Below are positions 27,201 through 36,268 of a DNA stretch of 64,000 bases, piece after piece. A program made the position numbers and the translations under genes. Positions within the stretch are counted from its first letter, which is position 1. Every line of letters begins with the position of its first letter. Where the stretch lies: positions 1-64,000 of the IMG/VR virus record IMGVR_UViG_2521172628_000001. One strand, given 5' to 3'. Under the pieces are notes generated by a model. The model saw only the letters and a program-made list of their open reading frames with translations, was not told the origin of the DNA and did not search any database. Source of the stretch: a virus (lineage: Duplodnaviria > Caudoviricetes).

Positions 27201-28799
27201 CGCGGCCCCGGCTGTCTGGGCGTCGGCGAGTGCCCGGGCGGCGTCCGCTACCGCATCCTGCGCGTCCTTGATCTCCCGGGCCCCGTCGACCGCAGCCTTG
27301 CGGGCAGCCTCCCGGGCGTCGGCGACGTCCCGCTCGGCGAGCATGACCCGCTGCAAGCCGTCCTGGGTGGTGCGGGCCTGGTCGAGCTCCGCATCCTTCA
27401 GTGCCTGCGTCTTGTCAACGACGGCCTGGTTGGCGTCGACGATGCCCTGCTTGGCGTCCGTGACCGTCTTCGAGCCCTCGACGCCGGCCTTGTTGGCGTC
27501 GGCGGTCTGCTGCTGGAGGCGGGCGGTCTCGGTCTGCTGCTCCTCCAGAGCCTGAACGGCCTTGTCGTACTGCAACTGCGCCTTGTCGAACTCTTCCTGC
27601 CCCGCCTTGCCGCCCTTGGCCTTGACCGCGGCGAGTTCCTGTTCGGCGTCCTGAAGGTCCAGCACCTTCTGCCGCTGGTCCAACTGGGCGTCTTCGAGCC
27701 GGTTGTTGAGGTCTTCGAGATCCTGGGCGGCTTCCTTGCGGGCGTCGTTCAGGTCGCGCTGTGCCTGCCGTGCCGCGCGCTGGGCGTCGGCGAGGTCACG
27801 TTCCGCGGAGGCGACCTGCTGGGCTGCGCGCCGGTTGGCGTCCGCGGTGTCCTGCACGGTGTTCTTCAGGTCGCGCTGGGCGTCCTCGATCTGCCGGGCC
27901 GCCGCGACCCGGGCCTCAGCCGCGCGCTGCTCGGCGTCCTTCACACCCTGCTGCGCCTTCGCCAGCGACCGCTGCGCGTTCTCCAGCGCCCGCGTGGACT
28001 TGGTGGCCGCGCTGGCGGACGACGTCGCCGGCGCGAACGCGGCCTTGAAGGCGTCCCCGATCCCGCTGGTGCCGACCTTGACCGCAGCGAACGCCGTCGC
28101 CAGCGACAGCACTGCGGGCGCAGCCACAGCAGCGGCCGGGCCCATCGCGGCGATCGACTGCACCAAGGAGGCGACCGTCGGGAGCGCGCCCACGGCGAGG
28201 GCGGCGAGTTGGGCGATGCGGGAGGACAGGATGCCGATCCCGCCCGCCGCACCACTGGTCCCTCCGCCGCCCAGTCCGCCCAGTCCGCCGAGGAGGCGGG
28301 CGCGAACGTTGACGTTGCGGTCGCGGGTCAGGAAGCGGAGGCTGTTCGCGGCGTCTGTGGTGTCGGCGCGCGCCTGCACAGTCATCTGTCGGCGCCGCAC
28401 AAGGTTGGCGATGGAGTCGGCGGCGACGCGGGTGTCGACGTCGATGCCGATGCGGACGGTGCGCCGCTGAGTGAGGTTGCGGATCTCGTTTGCGGCGACG
28501 CGGGTGTCGACGGAGGCGCGGATGTTGACGACGCGGTCCGCGGTGAGCCGGTCGAGTTGCTGGGTGACGCGCCGCTTGGAGGCCTCGTTGAGGTCGGCGT
28601 CGATGACCGCCTTCAACACGGTGCGGGCGTGGTCGTCGGCGAACCGCCTGAGTTTGGCGAGGGCGACGGTGTCGTCGAGGTCGAGGGTGACGGTGGCCTT
28701 GTTTCGCTTCGACTTGAGGCGGTCCATGGCGCGGTCGTATTCGGACTCGTCGGCGGTTACCTCGACGTATCCCTCGGCAATGCGGAACGCGCCTGCCAT
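24201..28799 (-). CDS. Tape measure protein with C-terminal NlpC/P60-like domain
   Basis: 1532 aa helical/coiled-coil; PYQWAGNGNPSWDCSGF...GHTAG. Confidence 0.92.
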   Translation of the reverse strand: MAGAFRIAEGYVEVTADESEYDRAMDRLKSKRNKATVTLDLDDTVALAKLRRFADDHARTVLKAVIDADLNEASKRRVTQQLDRLTADRVVNIRASVDTRVAANEIRNLTQRRTVRIGIDVDTRVAADSIANLVRRRQMTVQARADTTDAANSLRFLTRDRNVNVRARLLGGLGGLGGGGTSGAAGGIGILSSRIAQLAALAVGALPTVASLVQSIAAMGPAAAVAAPAVLSLATAFAAVKVGTSGIGDAFKAAFAPATSSASAATKSTRALENAQRSLAKAQQGVKDAEQRAAEARVAAARQIEDAQRDLKNTVQDTADANRRAAQQVASAERDLADAQRAARQAQRDLNDARKEAAQDLEDLNNRLEDAQLDQRQKVLDLQDAEQELAAVKAKGGKAGQEEFDKAQLQYDKAVQALEEQQTETARLQQQTADANKAGVEGSKTVTDAKQGIVDANQAVVDKTQALKDAELDQARTTQDGLQRVMLAERDVADAREAARKAAVDGAREIKDAQDAVADAARALADAQTAGAAAANKLGDAMARLSPNAREFVGAVIAQGAAWRGLKLDVQDRLMAGLGQTFTQLSTAVIPPLRGGLGGMADTLNRMAKNAATAIIELSKTGQLRQMFDGVNAGFGNLNRVPAQFLTGLTQLSIAAAPAFDRITQAAAGAADRISQKLSQGLASGSLTESINGAIDVAKQFGDLLGDIFGTLNNVMKAAAAGGGDALGALGSVFAELRRITAMPDVQQALTSIFTAVNAIAKLVAGTLGAVIQAALPLLSALAPVVTELATKFGPVLADLARALGEALMPIMDALLPVLSDIGDILVGLVRAVMPLLKPIGDVLGAIVTALAPVISAVGAALVPVVAALAQGLKPVVGALVPIVQVLGQFIAQLTPAMVPITTALIPLLPALAELTVSLLNLALQVIAPLLPLIAQLASMMAGTLAGAVGILVPVITTVIGWLTKFMDTVTGVVKWIVDQFQHLYDVLVGHSIIPDLVKAIISWFTSLWTKTKEIFNQLKQGVIDRWNALWKAVTDRWSSFWNGLRTALGNAKTSVLNWVTGLKTSFTNTWNSLWNTAVSKTTSIFTTLRGKISDFKTSMLNSVKALRDGVGTLWAGIQSKFAAPVKWVVSHVYNNGLRKMWNSIAGKINSKISLPTISLGFQKGGVVPGSGKGDKVPAMLEPGERILSNPQVDRLGGHRAIDAMLGQDRPTKTGGNPSRQEEKTRYQGPTQHYAEGGIVGKVTGAIGGAVGSVASWAKDVVVGGLKAAAQKALSALVRPLIAQIPGGNAGIGGLLKGLSNRAVDGMMSWFTSEDKKAVGGPAVQKALSWAKSQSGLPYQWAGNGNPSWDCSGFMSAIESVIRGERPHRRWATGSFPPGPSGWVRNLNSPFMIGITNAGVGHTAGTLAGVNFESSGGRGVHYGKTARGYNDPMFTSRWGFAPAAKYDNGGLLQPGATMAVNKTGRPERILDPQQTALFEQLVTNGAGGGMSVTVNMTVKSLTMPTPAEARRFANDMAAYTKEAIRKFDKERA

Positions 28800-29210
28800 C
28801 TACCCTCCCTGCGCGACGCTCACGAGCCCGGGGAACTGGGCCCGGAACTGGGTCAGTGAGACTTCGGTCGTCTCGCTGCTGCCGCCCTGTGCGGGGGCGG
28901 CGGTGGTGCTGGTGCGGGTTGGGGTGGTGCGGGGTTCCGTGCGCTCGCGTTCCTCTTCGGCGAGGGCGGCGAGGACGCCTTGGTAGGCGGTGAGTCGGTG
29001 GACGAGGGCGAAGTAGCGGCGGGCAGAGATCTCGTCGCGTTCCAGGTCGATCCGGTACACGGCGAGGAAGTCGGCGTCGATGTCGTCCAGGTGGTCGAGA
29101 ACCGGTAGGAGTTGTTCGACGCGGTCGCCGATGGCTTCGGCGCAGTCGGGTTCCTTGATCTCGTCGAGCAGTCGCAGCCAGGGGCGGCGGCTGTCTACTT
29201 CGCTTTTCCC
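28800..29210 (-). CDS. Tail assembly chaperone, -1 frameshift extension (gpT-like)
   Basis: Reached from the upstream ORF by -1 shift at G GGA AAA; IDADFLAVYRID. Confidence 0.8.
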   Translation of the reverse strand, partial: GKSEVDSRRPWLRLLDEIKEPDCAEAIGDRVEQLLPVLDHLDDIDADFLAVYRIDLERDEISARRYFALVHRLTAYQGVLAALAEEERERTEPRTTPTRTSTTAAPAQGGSSETTEVSLTQFRAQFPGLVSVAQGG

Positions 29211-29587
29211 TCCTTCGTCTTCCGTCCGAGGGCGAGGTCGAGAACCTTGTTGATGATCCATTCCATCTGGTCCTCGGTGAGGGCCTTGGACTGCTCCAGC
29301 GCCATGTAGGCGTCCTCGCCGAGGACGGCAGTCAGGAGGGGGGCGGTGGCGAGGTCGCGGCCGTGCTCGCGGGCCTCGCGCAGGTACTGGAGGGCGACGC
29401 CGGGCGGGATGGACTTCGGGATCGTGTACGGGTCGTCGCCGACGTAGAAGAGGGGGACGCGCTCCTCGACGACGTCGTCGTTGGCGGCGATCCGCAGGGG
29501 CTCGAAGTCGAGGGCGTCTTCGGTGCTGGTGGGCTTGGCGGCGGCCCTCTTGCGGGCCGCTGTCGTCTGACGTGTGGTGGATGCCAT
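29195..29587 (-). CDS. Tail assembly chaperone (gpG-like)
   Basis: Between tail tube and tape measure; ends just after the slippery site. Confidence 0.85.
   Translation of the reverse strand: MASTTRQTTAARKRAAAKPTSTEDALDFEPLRIAANDDVVEERVPLFYVGDDPYTIPKSIPPGVALQYLREAREHGRDLATAPLLTAVLGEDAYMALEQSKALTEDQMEWIINKVLDLALGRKTKEGKAK
29204..29210 (-). other. Programmed -1 frameshift heptamer GGGAAAA
   Basis: GAG GGA AAA GCG AAG TAG; -1 frame reads GKSEVDSRRPW, the open downstream frame. Confidence 0.85.
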
Positions 29588-29625
29588 GGTCGTGCTCCTC
29601 GGTGCGGGCAGAGGTGGACAGTCGA

Positions 29626-30186
29626 CTAGCTGGTCTGGTCGACGATGTGGATGGGCGCGATGCTCCCGGACACGAAGTGCACTGCGAACTTCGCCGGAAT
29701 CAAGGTCTGCTTGTCCTTGGTGTAGGCCAGGTCGACGCTGTCGACGTTCAGGACCTTCCGGCCGATGATCCGGCGCCGGAACTGCTGCGGCGCATAGCCG
29801 TCGAGGATCACCGCGAAGTAGTTCGGCTGCGTCGCGCTGGACGTGACGTTCGGCTCGTAGGACTTCCAGCCGGCACCCGACGCGGATGTACCTCCGTTGA
29901 GGGTGAGCGACAGGTTCTCCAGCGTCGCCTCGGCCAGCGACGTCTCGATGGTGTAGTCGGCCTTCGTCAGGCGGGAGCCGACGCGCAGCGTGATCTGGTC
30001 GACCTCCAGCTCCGAGTAGGTCTGGTCGGCGCCGAACTTGACGCCGTCCTGGGTGCCGCCGAGGTCCGTCCAGGCCGAGGTGGCCGGGGTGGAGTTGACC
30101 GCGGCGTCGGTCGGCTCCGTCGCGCCGAAAGCGCCCGAGTAGAGGGTTGCCGGCCCCTGAATGAGGTTTCCGGTGTTCACCGACAT
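29626..30186 (-). CDS. Major tail tube protein
   Basis: NLIQGPATLY...WTDLGGTQDGV...LAEATLENL; position. Confidence 0.85.
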   Translation of the reverse strand: MSVNTGNLIQGPATLYSGAFGATEPTDAAVNSTPATSAWTDLGGTQDGVKFGADQTYSELEVDQITLRVGSRLTKADYTIETSLAEATLENLSLTLNGGTSASGAGWKSYEPNVTSSATQPNYFAVILDGYAPQQFRRRIIGRKVLNVDSVDLAYTKDKQTLIPAKFAVHFVSGSIAPIHIVDQTS

Positions 30187-30188
30187 GA

Positions 30189-30407
30189 TCAGTTCTCCTT
30201 GCTTGCGGCCGAGGACGGCTTCTTCGGCGCGACCATCGCGGGCTGCGGCGGTGCTTCAGGGGCCGCCGGGGCCGCGGTTGCGGGGGGCACTTCCTCCTCG
30301 GCGGTCTCCTGGACGAGAAGGCCCTGCCGCTGCAGGTCGAGGTACTCGGCGTCGTCGACCTCGATTTCCTGGTCAGGGCGCATGGTGGTGCGGACCGTGT
30401 GGGTCAT
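30189..30407 (-). CDS. Small hypothetical protein
   Basis: VRTTMRPDQEIEVDDAEYLDLQRQGLL; AGGAG RBS. Confidence 0.65.
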   Translation of the reverse strand: MTHTVRTTMRPDQEIEVDDAEYLDLQRQGLLVQETAEEEVPPATAAPAAPEAPPQPAMVAPKKPSSAASKEN

Positions 30408-30634
30408 CGGTACTGGCTCCTGTCGAGCGGGAACTGGTGGTGGGAGTAGTGCGGGTGGAAGCGGAGCTCGATGGTCTGCTCGGGCGGGATGCTCGGCGGG
30501 CAGGGGATGATGCGGATGTTTCCGACGAGGAGGAACTCCAGCTCGGCGCGGTCGCCGTGCACGAGGACTTTGCCGCCATAGGAGAGGAGTTGCCCGTGCA
30601 GCCGGTCTTCCTGGATCGCCCACATGCGGCTCAC
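30404..30634 (-). CDS. Hypothetical protein
   Basis: GTGA-coupled; VLVHGDRAELEFL. Confidence 0.6.
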   Translation of the reverse strand: MSRMWAIQEDRLHGQLLSYGGKVLVHGDRAELEFLLVGNIRIIPCPPSIPPEQTIELRFHPHYSHHQFPLDRSQYR

Positions 30635-31098
30635 GGCGGCACCTCCGTCCATGCGATGACGAGGCCGGGGATGTCGTAGCGGGCGTAGGGGGATGCGTCG
30701 TCGGGGATGCGGCGCGGATCCCCGACCGTGTATGCCGATTTGATCTGCACGCCCGGGTAGCTGCCCGGGAGTTCGAGGAGGGTCTTCGAGATGTTCGGGT
30801 GGTCCAGACAGGCGGCGACGATCGCCTCCGCCAGGTTCGACGCCTGCCCCCACGGGGGCTTCTGCGAGCCGGGGTTGACCGCCCAGCAGGACACGCCCAT
30901 CACCGGTGTCCGCAGGGGGACGTAGATGTTGGAGGAGCCGCCGGTCACGACGTGGGTGACAAACCCGCCGTCGGCCCACGAGAGGGTGCCGTCCGTCCCG
31001 GGCTTCGGCAGGGTGGTCGACACCCGGTCGCCGACAACGGTCTTCAGCCAAGCTGTCGTGACGAGTTCCGGGGTGGCGTGCAGCGTGGGCGTCGTCAT
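30631..31098 (-). CDS. Putative tail terminator
   Basis: Size and position in head-tail connector module. Confidence 0.65.
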   Translation of the reverse strand: MTTPTLHATPELVTTAWLKTVVGDRVSTTLPKPGTDGTLSWADGGFVTHVVTGGSSNIYVPLRTPVMGVSCWAVNPGSQKPPWGQASNLAEAIVAACLDHPNISKTLLELPGSYPGVQIKSAYTVGDPRRIPDDASPYARYDIPGLVIAWTEVPP

Positions 31099-31466
31099 GC
31101 CGTCCTCCGCTGGAAGAGGGCCGGACGCAGGTACGGCATCGGCGGTGTGCCGGGGTGGTTGACGCGGGCCACGGGGTGGTCGGCGTCGGGCCAGTGCAAC
31201 GCCTTCTTGTTCCGCGGCAGGATGACGTGCGGGGCGGTGCCCATCTCGACGTCGGTGGCGTAGTTGCAGTCGAGGGAGCCGACGCGCAGCACCTTGTCAT
31301 GGCATTCGGAGCGCAGGGAGTCGTGCAGGCGGCCGGAGCGCTTGTGTACGTAGCCGCGGGCGTCGCCGAGGATGGCGGGGCCGATGGTGTCGCCCAGCCA
31401 GTCGTTGATCGCCGCGTCGACGTGTGCGCGCGCTGAGGGGTCGATCCGCACACCGGATCGCGCCAT
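31095..31466 (-). CDS. HK97 gp10-like tail completion protein
   Basis: RSGRLHDSL, YATDVEMGTAPH, VNHPGTPPMPYLRPAL. Confidence 0.8.
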   Translation of the reverse strand: MARSGVRIDPSARAHVDAAINDWLGDTIGPAILGDARGYVHKRSGRLHDSLRSECHDKVLRVGSLDCNYATDVEMGTAPHVILPRNKKALHWPDADHPVARVNHPGTPPMPYLRPALFQRRTA

Positions 31467-31568
31467 GGCCGCCTCCTCTCCGAAGGTGGTCGTTCTGGTG
31501 GCCGCCCGGTCTCCCCGGGCATGTGGCCTGTTCAGTTCTTGATCACGTTGCGGGCATCCGCAAAGCGA

Positions 31569-31898
31569 TCAGGTGGTGCGCCGCAGGTCGACGCGTCGGT
31601 CGACTGCGAGTGCGGGGTTGGTCATCGACGAGACGGCCTCGACGATGTAGACCGCGCCGGTGCGCTCGTCACGCACCCGGTCCTGGTCGGTGATGTCGGT
31701 GTTCGCCGGCACCCGGGCGACGGCGTAGCGGACGATCCGCGGGGTCGGGTTCTCGCGGGTGGTCACCCGCCGCGTCTGCTCGATCAGCGACGCGGGGATG
31801 CCAGTGGCGTGCGGGGTGTTCGTGTCCCGCTCATCGCCAAACGCGTCTTCCTCGGTGCCACGGAGGACGGCGATCGTGGTGGTGGCGACGGCCTGCAT
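31569..31898 (-). CDS. Putative head-to-tail stopper
   Basis: VLRGTEEDAFGD...DITDQDRV; position. Confidence 0.65.
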   Translation of the reverse strand: MQAVATTTIAVLRGTEEDAFGDERDTNTPHATGIPASLIEQTRRVTTRENPTPRIVRYAVARVPANTDITDQDRVRDERTGAVYIVEAVSSMTNPALAVDRRVDLRRTT

Positions 31899-32341
31899 CA
31901 CGCACCCCCCGCATACGGGGTCCACGCCTGCTGGTCGTCCGCGGCCTCCAGCAGCGGATTGCCGACCACGCCCGCCCCCTCCAGGGCCGAGCGGATGTGG
32001 ACGGTCCGCGACCGCATCCACGACACCCGGCGCAGTGCGCGGGCGGCCATGGGTGCGAGGACCAGGCCGTCGCCCTGCAGCGTGGTGGACACCTGGTCCT
32101 GCTGGATCTGCGTGGCATCCAGCCGCGTCTCCAGCCCGAACTGGCCCGCCAGCCAAGCTGCCTGTCGGGCGACGGCCCGGCCCAGCCAGTAGAGATCCCT
32201 CGACCGCATTCGATCCCTGTCGGCGTAGATACGGTTCGAGAAGATCTCGATGTCTGACTGCGCCTGGGCAAGCTGCTGATCCGTCACTGAGACGCCGGTG
32301 GCGTCGATGACGTCCTGCGCGGTCGCCCAGGCGTTGACCAT
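31898..32341 (-). CDS. Putative head-to-tail adaptor
   Basis: WATAQDV...RAVARQAAW...LAPMAARAL. Confidence 0.7.
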   Translation of the reverse strand: MVNAWATAQDVIDATGVSVTDQQLAQAQSDIEIFSNRIYADRDRMRSRDLYWLGRAVARQAAWLAGQFGLETRLDATQIQQDQVSTTLQGDGLVLAPMAARALRRVSWMRSRTVHIRSALEGAGVVGNPLLEAADDQQAWTPYAGGA

Positions 32342-32342
32342 G

Positions 32343-32762
32343 TCAGCCCCTGCCCGCGGTGCCGGTGTCGCCGCCCACGCTCTCGATAACGTCGCGCGGC
32401 GTGGTGGTGTCCTGCGGCTGGTCGTCGACCGATGACGGCACCGTGTTCACGCTGTACGTGAGGATCAGCGACAGGCCGTCGGGGTGGTCTTCGGAGCCGT
32501 CGAACGTGGCCTTGCCGCGCGGGTGCAGGCCGCGCTGGATGGCCTCGTTGGCGACGGCCGCAGCGTTCGCATCGTGGGCCGCCTCCTCGTCGCGGGCAGG
32601 CCACGACGACTTCAGGACCACGAACTCCTTGACGTAGCGGGTGCCTTCGGCGCCGTCCGCCGAGCGTTCGTCGACCTCGACGGCCGCCTCGCCGTCCTTG
32701 GCGGGGAACTGCTTGGTGCGCGCTTCGGCCGTGCTGCTGGTGGTCTTCTTCGCTGCTGCCAT
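32343..32762 (-). CDS. Hypothetical protein after capsid gene
   Basis: GGAGG RBS; EAIQRGLHPRG. Confidence 0.7.
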   Translation of the reverse strand: MAAAKKTTSSTAEARTKQFPAKDGEAAVEVDERSADGAEGTRYVKEFVVLKSSWPARDEEAAHDANAAAVANEAIQRGLHPRGKATFDGSEDHPDGLSLILTYSVNTVPSSVDDQPQDTTTPRDVIESVGGDTGTAGRG

Positions 32763-32827
32763 GGCTCACCTCCCATCTGCCGCCGCACCGCCCGGAGCCG
32801 TCGGGCGGTGCGGGGTTCAGGAGTGGG

Positions 32828-33733
32828 TCAGCCGACGAGGATGGCGGCACCGGCGGGGTGGCCGTAGGCCCATCCGCGGCGGGCGCGCATCTTCAGCAGG
32901 GACTCGTCGGTCAGGGAACTCGTTCCGTCGCGTCCGTCGATGAACACGGACTCGGGGCCGGAGCGGACGCCGAGGAGCATGAGGTCGGTGGAGACGAACG
33001 CCATGATGGGCCGGCCAGCCGGGGACGCGGTGGCCGTCGGCGAGGTGCGGGCGCCGAGCGACCAGCGGATCGGGACGCCGAAGATGGTGTCGGGGGTCCC
33101 AGCCAGGCCCTCGATGAAAATGGGGCGACTCTGGCCATCGAGGATCCCTCGAAGGCTCTTCTTGAAACCGGGGTGGGCGATGGCGAGCATCGTGCCCGGG
33201 TCGTAGTAGTCGCCAGCCTCGACGAATCCGATGGTGCTGGAGAAGTCGGCGTAGGTAGCGCCAGCGGATCCCGAGACGGTGATGTTGCTGCTGCCGGTGT
33301 AGCCGATGTTGTTGTCGGTGGTGGCCAGCAGGTTGTACAGGGACTGGAAGGGGACGCCGGTGCCGGGGGCCGCGGTGACGGCGAGGCACGCGTTGTCGAG
33401 GATCTTCGCGTAGGAGATGCCCCAGTCCTTCATCTTCACCGCGAGGGTGTTGGGGAGGGCATCGTTGATGTCCTCCTCCGCGATGCGGACGACCTTGCCG
33501 AACTTCTTCGCGGTCAGGGTGACGTCGTCGTTGAGGCTGGTGTCCTCGCCGTAGGCGCTGCCCTTGTCGATGACCTCGACGCCCATTCCGGCGGAGCGGG
33601 GGGCGTGGCGGGTGTCGCTCGTCATGGGGAGCCGGTTGGCGACGGCTTCGACGACGGAGGTTGCGGTGATGCGCTGAATGACGGCCGAGTCGTATTCCTC
33701 GGGGATCCAGGCTTCCATGGTGTTGCGCGCCAT
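32828..33733 (-). CDS. Major capsid protein (HK97 fold)
   Basis: WIPEEYDSAVIQ, VTLTAKKFGKVVRIAEEDIND, LRGILDGQSRPIF, TIFGVP. Confidence 0.92.
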   Translation of the reverse strand: MARNTMEAWIPEEYDSAVIQRITATSVVEAVANRLPMTSDTRHAPRSAGMGVEVIDKGSAYGEDTSLNDDVTLTAKKFGKVVRIAEEDINDALPNTLAVKMKDWGISYAKILDNACLAVTAAPGTGVPFQSLYNLLATTDNNIGYTGSSNITVSGSAGATYADFSSTIGFVEAGDYYDPGTMLAIAHPGFKKSLRGILDGQSRPIFIEGLAGTPDTIFGVPIRWSLGARTSPTATASPAGRPIMAFVSTDLMLLGVRSGPESVFIDGRDGTSSLTDESLLKMRARRGWAYGHPAGAAILVG

Positions 33734-33868
33734 TGGGCCCTCCTGCGGGCGGCGTGATGGGGACGGCTGGTGGGCTCTGGCCCCATCACGGGCGCCTTCG
33801 CAAGCAAGGGTGGCGGCCTGATTCGATCACCGAATCAATTCACCTAGCGATGAATATACCTTGGTTTG

Positions 33869-34639
33869 TCAAGCACGACCCAGGGCACGCAGCGCGTGCT
33901 GCTCCGCAGCCGACTTCGGCTTGTCCGGGGCGGCCGGACGCGGCGCCGCCGTGGGCCGCACCTTTGGCTTCGCCTTCGCCGCCGGCTCGAACAGCTCCGG
34001 GTAGTCGGCGCGCAGCCCGTCGATCTGCTCGTCGACGCCGAGGACTTCGCCGTCGTCGTCGATGCTCAGGTCACCGACGTCGACCAGCTTCATCAGCCGG
34101 GCGATGCGGGCCTCGGTCTTCTCCTTGTCGCCCTCGACCGCAGTCGTTGCTCCGGCTTCGATGAGGGCGGCGCGCACGGCCTTGCGGACGGCGATCGGCT
34201 TGTACCGTGCCTCAGCCTTCTCCTCGGCTTCCCGGACGGCCCGCTCCGTCTCGGTCTCCTGCTCCTTGTACTTGTCGCGCAACTCGTTGAGGGTGCGCTG
34301 GACTTCCAGCTTCTCTTCCTTGCGCTTGCGGAGCGTTCGCCGGACCCGCTCCCACTCCTCGCGGGACGGCGGCACGTACTCGCCTGCGGGCTCCGGGTCC
34401 GGGTCGTCGTCCCCCGCGGGCGGCTTGGGCTTCGGCGCGGTGTCCGGCTCCGGGTCGTCGTCGCCTTCGGGCTCCGGCTCAGGGTCCGGGTCGGCGCCGA
34501 CCTCGACGTCGATGTCGTCGTCCTCGGCGCCGCCGGCGATGACGTGGATCGGCCGTCCGTCGGCGCGGTAGCCGAGGATGCTGCTGGGCGGCAGACTGAT
34601 GGCCCGGCGGCGGCTGCGGGTGGTGGTGTGGATGCCCAT
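33869..34639 (-). CDS. Capsid scaffolding protein
   Basis: GYRADGRPIHVIAGG then acidic/Pro-rich linker, coiled coil, LRADYPELF; precedes capsid. Confidence 0.85.
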   Translation of the reverse strand: MGIHTTTRSRRRAISLPPSSILGYRADGRPIHVIAGGAEDDDIDVEVGADPDPEPEPEGDDDPEPDTAPKPKPPAGDDDPDPEPAGEYVPPSREEWERVRRTLRKRKEEKLEVQRTLNELRDKYKEQETETERAVREAEEKAEARYKPIAVRKAVRAALIEAGATTAVEGDKEKTEARIARLMKLVDVGDLSIDDDGEVLGVDEQIDGLRADYPELFEPAAKAKPKVRPTAAPRPAAPDKPKSAAEQHALRALGRA

Positions 34640-34694
34640 CTGTGTTCTCCCATCACGGGGTTGGTGGCAGCCCATCGGCGGGCGCCGGGGCGAG

Positions 34695-35243
34695 TTACTG
34701 CCCCTTCGTGGCGAGGCTGTCCATGTACTGCGCGCGGACCCGGTTGTGTCGCGCATCTGCGAGCGCGTTGTGCACGCCGTCCGGCTGCTGGGGCAGTGTC
34801 GGATTGCCGAGCCGCTCGCACTCCTGCCGCAGGTCGTTGGTCCACATGGGGATGCCGTCCGGAAGGTCGATCATCGGACCGAAGAGCTGTGCAAGGGCGA
34901 CATGGTCATAGGCGCCGTACCAGGCCCACAGTTGCGGGTCGGGCGTGGCCTGGATGAACTTGGCGACCTGGGTGGCGATGGTCGTCCGGTGCTTCACCAC
35001 GGGGTCGGCGTAATGGAACAGCCAGCGCTTCGGCATGTGGATGCGGGCATCTCCGTGGCCCTTCGGGAGGGACGGGACGACGTTCTCCATCAGCCACTTG
35101 TGCTTCCGGATCTTGCGAACGGGCATGTCACGGTTCACCGCGTAGTACTCGCGGCCGTCCTCAGCAACCATGCCGATCGAGATGAGGTCGATGTGACGAC
35201 CGTCCTCGATGAACTCGGTGTCGTAGAAGATGCGCATGGTCAC
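34695..35243 (-). CDS. DEDDh 3'-5' exoribonuclease (Rv2179c/RNase AS-like)
   Basis: FYDTEFIEDG, LWAWYGAYDHVALAQLFG, HNALADARHN. Confidence 0.88.
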   Translation of the reverse strand: MTMRIFYDTEFIEDGRHIDLISIGMVAEDGREYYAVNRDMPVRKIRKHKWLMENVVPSLPKGHGDARIHMPKRWLFHYADPVVKHRTTIATQVAKFIQATPDPQLWAWYGAYDHVALAQLFGPMIDLPDGIPMWTNDLRQECERLGNPTLPQQPDGVHNALADARHNRVRAQYMDSLATKGQ

Positions 35244-35254
35244 GGCTCCTTGAG

Positions 35255-36268
35255 TTACACGGCGGCTGGGAAGCGGCCAGTGCGGAGGGCCCTGCGGGCT
35301 CGGGCCTCGACTGCGGGCAGCAGGTCGGGTTCGATGCGCAGGAGTTCACGGGCGGCACGCAGGCGTGCGGCCCTGGGTTCGGAGGGGCGGGCGCGCCCGT
35401 AGGCGATGTTGCGGTGCGCCTCACGCTGCAGCGCCAGAGGGAACGGGATGCCGCGGGCAGTCCACGTCTCGGACCAGGGGACGGTGCGGCAGCGGCAGTT
35501 GCCATGCAGGGGCGGCCCGTCGACCGCGGGCATTCCGATGCGGCGCTGGCGGGGATCCCACGACAGGCCGCCCGGAAACGGTTCGCCGACGGCGGCAGTG
35601 CGGCCGGTGTAGGCGAGGCAGCGCACGCAGGCGTCCGCTTCCGACACCCACAGCCGCATCGCCTTCACGGCCCTCGTCACCGTGTCCAGGCCCTCGTTGA
35701 CGGCGGCGCCTGTCGTCCAGGCGACGTGCGTGCGCACGGCCGAAACAGCACCCTGCGCGGCGCTGAGGGCGGCCGACAGGTCCACCCACTGCGTGATGCG
35801 GGGTGCCCGGAGTAGCAGCAGGGCCCGGTCGCGGCGCTCGGCCAGGATGGAGGTGAGGCGGCGGGCCTCGTCGCGCAGCTCGCGGCCCGGCACCAGGCGC
35901 GGCACCGGACGGCGCCGCCCGGATGCCGCACGCGCGAACTCGATGCCCTGCCGGGCCCCCAGCGTCAGAGCCTCCCCCAGGGCGCTCTCCAGGATGAACG
36001 CCGCGCGCGGGGCGAGCGCGTCGAGGATGCGCAGGACAGCCTCGCGGGCGGCGGCCAGGATGCGTCGCAGGACGTCGCCGGGCGTGGCGGCCTGTCCGGG
36101 GCCGCCGAAGGCGCGGGTCCAGGCGGCCAGGGTGCGCCGGGCGAGTTCTGCGAGCTGGCTGTCGCTGTCGCCGACGATGTCGTCGGTGATGCGCTTCTCC
36201 AGGTCGACGACCTGGGCGAGATGGTCTTCCTGGGTCAGGCGGAAGAGGTCGCTGCTGCGGTAGGCCAC
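35255..36268 (-). CDS. Minor head (MuF-like) protein
   Basis: WVSEADACVRCLAY...PPLHGNCRC; follows portal. Confidence 0.8.
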   Translation of the reverse strand: MAYRSSDLFRLTQEDHLAQVVDLEKRITDDIVGDSDSQLAELARRTLAAWTRAFGGPGQAATPGDVLRRILAAAREAVLRILDALAPRAAFILESALGEALTLGARQGIEFARAASGRRRPVPRLVPGRELRDEARRLTSILAERRDRALLLLRAPRITQWVDLSAALSAAQGAVSAVRTHVAWTTGAAVNEGLDTVTRAVKAMRLWVSEADACVRCLAYTGRTAAVGEPFPGGLSWDPRQRRIGMPAVDGPPLHGNCRCRTVPWSETWTARGIPFPLALQREAHRNIAYGRARPSEPRAARLRAARELLRIEPDLLPAVEARARRALRTGRFPAAV

